DNA of 32,000 nt from Acholeplasma laidlawii PG-8A (GTDB lineage: Bacteria; Bacillota_I; Bacilli_A; Acholeplasmatales; Acholeplasmataceae). Positions 26,430 to 32,000 of this stretch are shown here, piece by piece. The stretch lies in assembly GCF_000018785.1 (NCBI RefSeq), contig NC_010163.1, positions 930,001 to 962,000 on the forward strand. Direction: 5' to 3'. The translations under genes were made by a program, and so were the position numbers. How positions within the stretch are numbered: position 1 is the stretch's first letter; every line of letters begins with the position of its first letter. A model generated the notes under the pieces. That model saw only the letters and a list, made by a program, of their open reading frames with translations, was not told the DNA's origin and searched no databases.

Positions 26430-28385
26430 TTAGAAAGAAACATCTAAGATTGTAATCATCAAGGCATCAAATTTAGATTTTCCATTCGTGTCAACTATTT
26501 TACTAATGAGGATACTCATGTATTTATCATCATAATCATTTGGAGTCAAATATGTATAATACTTAATTATTTCTGAGTGCACCTTTTCATAACCATCTGA
26601 TGTTATAATGACAAATGCAATTTCTATTTCTAGATAATGAATAGTTTCTAAAGAACCATTATAAACCTGATAACCCCATCGTCCATAACTACCAACAGGT
26701 GTATAACCAATGTCAAGAGAAACATCAATATTATCCATCACTTCCATTTCATATGTCTTATAATATTTATTTGGAAGTAATAATAACTCATCCCAGTTCT
26801 CGTTAAAATCACTTATTTTAAATGTTTTGCCATAGGTTTCAGATAAAGTAATTAATATTCCCTCCTCAATTCCTTTTGTAAGACTATCGAATAATTCTTC
26901 AATAAATAAATAATCTTTTTTTGAAACATTACCAGAATTACTTTTATATAGAAAATCTCTTTCATAATAGTAATTATATTTATCAACATAGGAGAATTGA
27001 GAATTTACTAAATCCATGACAATCATAAACTCATATCCGTTTAGATTATAATAAAATCCATATGCACCTTCTTTGTTATAGATAGCTTGACTATTAGAAT
27101 CATTGGATAAAAATTGAATGTATCCCTCACTATCATTTACAATAAAACTGTTGCTATTTGAAATATTAGTATAAAAGTCCCATATTAGTTCATATGGTTT
27201 TAGTTCTTTATAGTTTGCTACTATTTGGATGTTTTTTAATAAGGTGTATGGAAATATCAAAGGTTCATTTTCTAAAGACCAACCTGTAAAAATAAATCCA
27301 TTTTTTCTAGGTTCTTCTAAGTTATAAACAGTATCCGCATAATCAAAAATAATTTCGGTGTTTTCTAAAACTCCACCCTTTGTATCAATTGCTATTGTAT
27401 ATTTTGTTTTCTCTTCATGAATAATAGTTTTATACGTTTGATTACCAGATACTGCCTGAACTCCAGGAGACCAACCTCCAAACACATAAGTGATGGCGAC
27501 AGTAGGTTCATTGACAGGTACTACTCCATCAAAACTAGGTATAATTCCATATTCCACGTTTTCATCAATTTGTAAAACATTATCATCACTGTCTACCCAA
27601 GTTATAGTGTATGTTTTTAAGGTTTCTTTGAAAACTGCAATGTACTCTGTATTATCATTTGCTGGTACAACATTTGGGGACCAACCAATAAACTCAAAGG
27701 AATATTGAGAAGTTTCGTTTTTTACAGGCGTTATTCCATTATATTCTGGTGTAGCCCCATTCATAACGTCATTATCAGTTTCTAAAATTGATCCATTATC
27801 ATTTTTCCAACTTATCGTAAAAGTATTAGCAACTTCACTAAATATTGCAGTATATGTTTGTTCGCCATTTACCACAGTCATTACTGGTGACCAGCCGTTA
27901 AACTCATATCTTAATTCATTTGTTGATTTTTTTGAAGGAATAGTTCCAGTATAATTTGGTGTTACTCCCCATAATACATCTTCAATTTTAATAATTGTTC
28001 CATCATCATATTGCCATGTTATTTTATATTTTTGTTTTGTTGGATCATCAGAAGCTTTCATTGAATATGTTACAACGATAGAAACATCCTTCTTATAAAT
28101 ATCCCCACTTTTAAAAGTCTCTGAACCACCAATTTTAACACTTTTAGTCGTTCCTTCTTTTGTTATCCCCCAAAAGATATCATAAACTGCTTCAGTTTTA
28201 ATATTTGTAAAACCCCATACTTCAAGCTGCTCTACGACATCCTCATAATTTTTTCCAGCAAGTGATGTTGCTGACTCTCTTACTTTTACTTCATCTTCTG
28301 CAAGTTCAATGCTATCTTCACAACCTACTAAGACAAAAGCTGATAATATCAACAGTAATACAGTTACTATCCTTAGTTTTTTCAT
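26430..28385 (-). CDS. Surface lipoprotein with four Listeria-Bacteroides (Flg_new/InlB B-repeat type) repeats and an unknown 260-aa C-terminal domain
   Basis: Signal peptide plus lipobox (LSAFVLVGC). Four repeats of about 68 aa share Y-I-W...G...P.Y.G..P.K......Y.F.GWSP......N..Y.A.F. Confidence 0.75.
   Translation of the reverse strand: MKKLRIVTVLLLILSAFVLVGCEDSIELAEDEVKVRESATSLAGKNYEDVVEQLEVWGFTNIKTEAVYDIFWGITKEGTTKSVKIGGSETFKSGDIYKKDVSIVVTYSMKASDDPTKQKYKITWQYDDGTIIKIEDVLWGVTPNYTGTIPSKKSTNELRYEFNGWSPVMTVVNGEQTYTAIFSEVANTFTISWKNDNGSILETDNDVMNGATPEYNGITPVKNETSQYSFEFIGWSPNVVPANDNTEYIAVFKETLKTYTITWVDSDDNVLQIDENVEYGIIPSFDGVVPVNEPTVAITYVFGGWSPGVQAVSGNQTYKTIIHEEKTKYTIAIDTKGGVLENTEIIFDYADTVYNLEEPRKNGFIFTGWSLENEPLIFPYTLLKNIQIVANYKELKPYELIWDFYTNISNSNSFIVNDSEGYIQFLSNDSNSQAIYNKEGAYGFYYNLNGYEFMIVMDLVNSQFSYVDKYNYYYERDFLYKSNSGNVSKKDYLFIEELFDSLTKGIEEGILITLSETYGKTFKISDFNENWDELLLLPNKYYKTYEMEVMDNIDVSLDIGYTPVGSYGRWGYQVYNGSLETIHYLEIEIAFVIITSDGYEKVHSEIIKYYTYLTPNDYDDKYMSILISKIVDTNGKSKFDALMITILDVSF
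27207..28028 (-). repeat. Tandem array of four repeat units of about 205 nt each, encoding the Listeria-Bacteroides repeats (residues about 120-393)
   Basis: Units: YKITWQYDDG...YTAIFSE, FTISWKNDNG...YIAVFKE, YTITWVDSDD...YKTIIHE and YTIAIDTKGG...QIVANYKE. Repeats are diverged at the DNA level. Confidence 0.7.
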
Positions 28386-28459
28386 TATTTTATTCGTATA
28401 CTCTTTTTTAATTTTAATTATTTTGAGTACACTGTCCCCTTTTTATTTTTTATTTTTCC

Positions 28460-29752
28460 TTATAATTTTGGAGGAAATAATCCTGCAAGTTCAATTTGAG
28501 AACTTGCTTTTTGCCATTCTGACATTCCCTCTTTCCAAACTAAACTATCAGAAGTTAGAGCTCCTGTAGCCACCATTGTTCTTAAATTATTAATATCAAA
28601 CGGTCCTGTTGGTTTACCATCTTTGGCTACATGAAATTGAGTTACCGGAACTGACGGTGGTGTGCTTTGTCCATTATTTTTGTGATCTAGTGATTGGTCC
28701 ATCACACCAGCAATATTTTTACCGACAGCAGATCCAACAGCTATACCAGCCATCATTGAGACTGGATTAAATGCTGTACCATGACCGCCTAAGTCAACAT
28801 TGCCTGCTCCATTTTCGCCCATTTTACCTAATGCTTCTGCACCAGCAACACCAACTTCACCACTGATTTGTGTTTGATAAGCTCCAATATTAGTTTGTCT
28901 AGTTGTCATTCGTTGAGCATATTGTTCCTCTTCTCTCTTGATTCTTAGCTCTTCTTGATAGTTAAGAAGGTCTGTTTCTGCTTTACCTGTTGAAATATCT
29001 TTAGTAACCCTCTTGAGTTCAATATATGCTTCGTTATCTTTATCAACCTCAACTGCACTTAAATCAATACCAGTTACAGATATAGCAAAAAGATCATCTA
29101 GTCTATCACCAACATACAATTCAACATCTTGATTAATTAAATCTATCTTTGATTCAATTGCAATAACTGGAATATCGTGTTTAGAAGGAGCATTAGTGAC
29201 AACCTCTTTTACATACCGTGAAACTGATGCGTTAATTTTACTTTTTAGTTCTTCTATACTGAAATTTGCGAGTTGATGAAATAAAACGAACCTTTTATAA
29301 TCTTTTATTTTGAAAGTTAATGATCCTCTAACTGCAACTGGAACTTGAAAATCAGGAAATCTAGAATCCACCACATCAAAATATGGAATACCAAATCTAA
29401 CTTGTATAGCTTCAGCTAAGTTTAGAAAGAATACTTCAGCTTGGAAAGGTGTATCACCCTCATACCATAATCCAATAATAGATGATAAAATAGGAAAGTT
29501 TTTCGTTTTTAAAGTTCCATCATATGGACCTACAATATAATCTACCTTGGTGCCGTCTTCTTGTTTATAAAAAAAGGCTGCTACCTCACCAGTTTTAACT
29601 CTAAGTACTGAATTTGTTCTTATGGCTGTTTCCCTTTTTACTTCACCTTGACTAGTTCCACTGGGATGCCACTTCCATACTAAATAATTTGATTGATCAC
29701 AACGGATAACATCACTAAACCCACTTTTTTTCTTTCTATTGAATATCCCCAC
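28460..29752 (-). CDS. SPFH-fold protein of the YdjI/COG4260 ('virion core protein-like') family with Gly/Ala-rich segment and C-terminal GYF_2 domain
   Basis: GTG start gives the family-typical MGIF N-terminus, 8 nt after AGGAGG. The N-terminal 250 aa resemble COG4260 (VIRCDQSNYLVWKWH, NFPILSSIIGLWYEGDTPFQAEVFF). Residues 289-351 are Gly/Ala-rich (MMAGIAVGSAVGKNIAGVM). Residues 371-426 are FHVAKDGKPTGPF...LVWKEGMSEWQKA, which is GYF_2-like. Confidence 0.8.
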   Translation of the reverse strand: MGIFNRKKKSGFSDVIRCDQSNYLVWKWHPSGTSQGEVKRETAIRTNSVLRVKTGEVAAFFYKQEDGTKVDYIVGPYDGTLKTKNFPILSSIIGLWYEGDTPFQAEVFFLNLAEAIQVRFGIPYFDVVDSRFPDFQVPVAVRGSLTFKIKDYKRFVLFHQLANFSIEELKSKINASVSRYVKEVVTNAPSKHDIPVIAIESKIDLINQDVELYVGDRLDDLFAISVTGIDLSAVEVDKDNEAYIELKRVTKDISTGKAETDLLNYQEELRIKREEEQYAQRMTTRQTNIGAYQTQISGEVGVAGAEALGKMGENGAGNVDLGGHGTAFNPVSMMAGIAVGSAVGKNIAGVMDQSLDHKNNGQSTPPSVPVTQFHVAKDGKPTGPFDINNLRTMVATGALTSDSLVWKEGMSEWQKASSQIELAGLFPPKL

Positions 29753-29790
29753 ATTTAATACCTCCTTGTATTTTCTTATTTTTGTTAAAA

Positions 29791-30564
29791 TTATTCTTCA
29801 TCTTCTTCTTCGTCTTCTTCATTTTCAGTATTTTTGACTTTAGATTTTGATTTATCTTTTTTTTGTGTTGCCCAATATAAAATACTTATTCCTAACATAA
29901 ATATAGTCATTGAAATTGTACTCAACATGTAATAAGGTGAATCACCATCACCAGACTCGGAACCTTTAAAGCCTCCCCATATCATTAACACTAATGATAC
30001 AACAGTAACAACTGAGCCAATCAAATACCGCCATGCATTATTCATAAAACGTTTAAAAGTTTTACTTCTATATTGGTTCATTGTTTTTTTATATAATTTA
30101 TCAATATATTCAAATTCAAATGTATTACCAAAAGATATTTTAGCTTTGTGATACGTTTGATCTACTTTTGCCTTCCAAGCTTCTTCACATTTTGAGTCTG
30201 TTGTTAGATTTGAAACTGCTAAGATAAAGAATTCATATATATCTTCCTTTGTGTTTGGAATATAAAAATTACTTATCAATTCATTTTTCTTTTCTATAGA
30301 CTTGGTTGACCCGATTTTATCAGCGAAATCTTTGACTACATTATCTAAATTAGAACCACGAAGCTCATATCCACAATCTTTACATTTGTGTTCAAATGCA
30401 TTTAAATGAGCACCACAATTCGGACATTTGTATATTTTCCCTTCAAATAATTTAATTCTTTTATTTTCTGAGGATTGCTGATTAATAATTACCACTTGTT
30501 TACCACACCCAGAGCAAAATTTCGAACCCTCTGATATTTGATTACCACAATTATTACAAAACAT
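29791..30564 (-). CDS. Double zinc-ribbon membrane protein (two CxxC-x-CxxC ribbons, helical middle, 2 TM helices, acidic tail)
   Basis: FCNNCGNQISEGSKFCSGCG and YKCPNCGAHLNAFEHKCKDCG. TM helices WRYLIGSVVTVVSLVLMIWGGF and YYMLSTISMTIFMLGISILYWA. C-terminal ENEEDEEEDEE. SD is GAGGGA. Confidence 0.75.
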   Translation of the reverse strand: MFCNNCGNQISEGSKFCSGCGKQVVIINQQSSENKRIKLFEGKIYKCPNCGAHLNAFEHKCKDCGYELRGSNLDNVVKDFADKIGSTKSIEKKNELISNFYIPNTKEDIYEFFILAVSNLTTDSKCEEAWKAKVDQTYHKAKISFGNTFEFEYIDKLYKKTMNQYRSKTFKRFMNNAWRYLIGSVVTVVSLVLMIWGGFKGSESGDGDSPYYMLSTISMTIFMLGISILYWATQKKDKSKSKVKNTENEEDEEEDEE

Positions 30565-30568
30565 ATTC

Positions 30569-30796
30569 TTATCCCTCTTTTTGTTGATATTTAATAATTT
30601 TTACTGCATCACAAATATCACCGATATTACAATCTAGATATTCGCAAATTCTAAGTAGTACAGAAAGGGCAACTTCTTCATTTCTTCTAAGTTTAGTCAT
30701 TGTTCCGGTTGCAATATTAACCTCAGTCCTAAAATCAATTTGCGAAATATCTTTTTCTATGAGTAAAATCCATAGTTTTTTATAACTGATTTCCAT
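30569..30796 (-). CDS. XRE-family helix-turn-helix transcriptional regulator (75 aa)
   Basis: HTH region ISQIDFRTEVNIATGTMTKLRRNEEVALSVLLRICEYLDCNIGDI, typical of small Firmicute XRE/HTH_26-type regulators. First gene of the operon, 4 nt before the ZnR gene. Confidence 0.75.
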   Translation of the reverse strand: MEISYKKLWILLIEKDISQIDFRTEVNIATGTMTKLRRNEEVALSVLLRICEYLDCNIGDICDAVKIIKYQQKEG

Positions 30797-30829
30797 ACGA
30801 CAGTATCCCCTTTCTTTCTTTATACTCTA

Positions 30830-30858
30830 ATAATATCATATTAATAAACTGATAACAA
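30830..30858 (-). promoter_or_regulatory. Candidate promoter of the XRE operon (TTGTTA-17-TATTAT)
   Basis: Minus strand: TTGTTA (30858-30853), 17-nt spacer, TATTAT (30835-30830). SD AAAGGGGA lies 8 nt before the ATG at 30796. Confidence 0.45.
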
Positions 30859-30876
30859 TACGAAATTAATGTTTAT

Positions 30877-30892
30877 TCGCAAGAACTTGCGA
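30877..30892. promoter_or_regulatory. Perfect palindrome TCGCAAG-AA-CTTGCGA upstream of the XRE operon promoter (candidate operator)
   Basis: Read directly from the sequence. It lies 19 nt upstream of the putative -35 and 13 nt downstream of the insulating terminator's U-tract. Confidence 0.45.
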
Positions 30893-30904
30893 TATTATCT
30901 CCTT

Positions 30905-30949
30905 AAAAACATAAATAAAGCTTTCTAATTCTATTTGAATTGGAAAGCT
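30905..30949 (-). terminator. Second (insulating) terminator between the DUF1643 gene and the XRE operon
   Basis: 13-bp stem with one mismatch, AGCUUUCCAAUUC/GAAUUAGAAAGCU (30949-30937 / 30931-30919), followed by UUAUUUAUGUUUUU. Confidence 0.65.
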
Positions 30950-31033
30950 GCTTAATTATGTTATTTAATTTATGAGTTTTATCAAAAATTAATTGGTGAA
31001 TTGTTATTCATTTAATTTACCTCAAAACTTACT

Positions 31034-31064
31034 TGTATAAAGAAAAAGTCACCAAAGTGACTTT
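31034..31064 (-). terminator. Intrinsic terminator immediately after the DUF1643 gene
   Basis: 8-bp stem AAAGTCAC/GTGACTTT (31064-31057 / 31052-31045) overlapping the stop codon, followed by TTTTCTTTAT. Confidence 0.65.
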
Positions 31065-31596
31065 ATAATTTATACTGTTGTTTTATATCAAACTCTTTTA
31101 AAGAGCTGTTATCAATAGATACATATAGTGGATGTTTAGGATGACCACTTTTATTTTGATCTAAACACATCCATGTACAATTATACTTAACTGATAATAA
31201 ATAAATTTCCTTTAAGGCTTCACTTAAATAATTTCTTTTTTCTATCAGATTTCCCCAACCAGCTATTAAAACACTACTTTGATTTGATTTTAATATGTTT
31301 TCGATTTCTCTAATGTTTCTTTGATAATATTGATCATTTGAATTGAAGTGCATTCCATTTGGATTGGTATCTCGTTGTGGATATATATTCAACATAATCC
31401 AACTATCATTATTTTGCTTTCTGGCTAATTTAACAACATTTTTAACAGTATTATCAAGTTTATTCGGCTCTGCTGTACTTGGGTTAACTCCAAAAAATAT
31501 AAGAGGTGATTTACCCTGAACTCCTAAAACATAACGTGCTGCATTGTCATTTTCTTTTATATAAATCCATTTACTCAAACTATTCATATTTATCAT
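31063..31596 (-). CDS. DUF1643 domain protein
   Basis: 177 aa with family hallmarks FFGVNPSTA, LIAGWGN and KSGHPKHPLY. Confidence 0.8.
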   Translation of the reverse strand: MINMNSLSKWIYIKENDNAARYVLGVQGKSPLIFFGVNPSTAEPNKLDNTVKNVVKLARKQNNDSWIMLNIYPQRDTNPNGMHFNSNDQYYQRNIREIENILKSNQSSVLIAGWGNLIEKRNYLSEALKEIYLLSVKYNCTWMCLDQNKSGHPKHPLYVSIDNSSLKEFDIKQQYKL

Positions 31597-31643
31597 TTAC
31601 CTATATTCTAAATTTTCAAAATTTTTGCCTCACGTTTTTTAAA

Positions 31644-31693
31644 GCCCCTCCCGTGCGGTACCCATGGGACCATCAACAAGTGATGATAGGGGG
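31644..31693 (-). other. GC-rich (31/50 G+C) structured intergenic element between the TM/PH-like gene and the DUF1643 gene
   Basis: Minus strand CCCCCU-AUCAUCA-CUUGU-UGAUGGU-CCCAUGGG-UACCGCACGGG-AGGGG. Outer CCCCU/AGGGG helix, inner 7-bp AUCAUCA/UGAUGGU hairpin, and a CCCAUGGG palindrome. The surrounding sequence is about 25-30% GC. Confidence 0.4.
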
Positions 31694-31699
31694 ATTAAT

Positions 31700-32000
31700 C
31701 TAAAAATTATTGTTCTTTACCTTCTTTTTTAATATCTCAATCAGTTCTTTTGTATTAACAACAAAGCCAAACTTATACTTTTTATCTTTGGTGTGTATTT
31801 CTAATCTCATATAGCGATTATAATATTCTGCTCTAGCAATATCTTTATAACTTATTACAAGATTTCTTTTAAAATATCTTTTGATTATAATTTCTTTGCT
31901 ATCATAGGTGAGTGGAATAGGTTTTATGATATCTTTCCCAATCCAATAAACAGACCATATCAATACAATTGTGAATATGTAAGTCGCAATTTGCTGTGCC
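31700..32000 (-). CDS. Partial CDS (C-terminal part; N-terminus beyond the right edge): TM helix + small soluble domain, unknown function
   Basis: The frame is open from the window edge (AQQIATYIFTIVLIWSVYWIGKD...) through the 87 codons listed in the ORF track. The TTG listed as the start is therefore probably internal. Confidence 0.55.
   Translation of the reverse strand, partial: AQQIATYIFTIVLIWSVYWIGKDIIKPIPLTYDSKEIIIKRYFKRNLVISYKDIARAEYYNRYMRLEIHTKDKKYKFGFVVNTKELIEILKKKVKNNNF

Noticed and set aside
26430-28385. Lipoprotein repeats as a diversity-generating retroelement target or phase-variable cassette
   Set aside because: There is no reverse transcriptase gene, no near-identical template repeat and no long homopolymer or short tandem repeat tract. 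The repeats are diverged protein-domain repeats.
30982-31011. 9-codon mini-ORF (MNNNSPINF) with a GAGG SD between the two terminators downstream of the DUF1643 gene
   Set aside because: It is too short and has no identifiable promoter. Such mini-ORFs arise easily in AT-rich spacers. There is no evidence for a leader-peptide function.
31644-31693. GC-rich element as a preQ1-I riboswitch, guanidine-II (mini-ykkC), hammerhead or HDV-like ribozyme, or a tRNA fragment
   Set aside because: The A-rich tail resembles preQ1-I, but the loop is far too large and the gene context is wrong. The ACGG is not presented in a clean hairpin loop. GUGAUGA lacks the hammerhead C3 and there is no GAAA or cleavage-site partner. 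The helices do not nest as in HDV-like ribozymes. No T-arm or acceptor features are present.
440-31703. Plus-strand ORFs of 60-140 aa lying antisense to long minus-strand genes (440-640, 3684-3905, 4528-4719, 5599-5784, 7357-7611, 8663-8932, 12245-12583, 15932-16249, 17822-18049, 18298-18564, 19015-19431, 22164-22487, 25090-25341, 27490-27708, 28309-28569, 31506-31703)
   Set aside because: All are embedded opposite well-supported genes. They have low-complexity, Ser/Ile/Phe-rich shadow-frame composition, no SD sequences and no recognisable motifs. They are best explained as antisense shadow ORFs.
1-32000. CRISPR arrays, rRNA/tRNA genes, IS elements, integrases and long direct or inverted terminal repeats
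   Set aside because: None were seen on reading both strands. There are no regularly spaced direct repeats, no tRNA-like GC-rich cloverleaf segments, and no transposase- or recombinase-like ORFs.

Overview
AT-rich (about 70% A+T by eye) bacterial chromosomal segment. All but two genes are on the minus strand. The standard genetic code applies: conserved genes such as yqeH and ruvX end in TGA, and Trp is encoded by TGG. All family assignments come from motif recognition by eye; no alignments or searches were run. Positions 1-20.3 kb are core genome with Bacillus-type synteny. One block is T-box-alaS-ruvX-yrzB-trmR-DUF45; the next is greA-yqeG-yqeH-yqeK-rsfS. After them come transporters (CNNM/CorC, Na+/H+ antiporter, ChrA, SDF symporter), a GGDEF cyclase, DUF1836-DegV, an RsmH-like methyltransferase and a Nudix hydrolase. 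Compared with the Bacillus blocks, mltG, nadD and aroD are missing. Together with the low GC content, this suggests a wall-less Acholeplasma-like Bacillota/Mollicutes organism, but that is inference only. Positions 20.3-32 kb look like an accessory patch. It holds small orphan membrane proteins, one gene with an in-frame TGA, one HAD gene frameshifted in a T6A4 run, an orphan ImmA/IrrE-like HExxH protein, an orphan terminase-small-subunit-like HTH gene, a DUF1643 gene and a GC-rich structured intergenic element. The best candidate for an undescribed system is a five-gene operon at about 30.9-25.9 kb on the minus strand. It has its own promoter, an upstream palindrome and flanking terminators. 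It encodes an XRE HTH regulator, a double zinc-ribbon two-TM protein, a YdjI/COG4260-type SPFH protein fused to a glycine-zipper and a GYF_2 domain, a lipoprotein with four Listeria-Bacteroides repeats, and a 147-aa orphan. No rRNA, tRNA, CRISPR array, transposase or integrase was recognised in the window.
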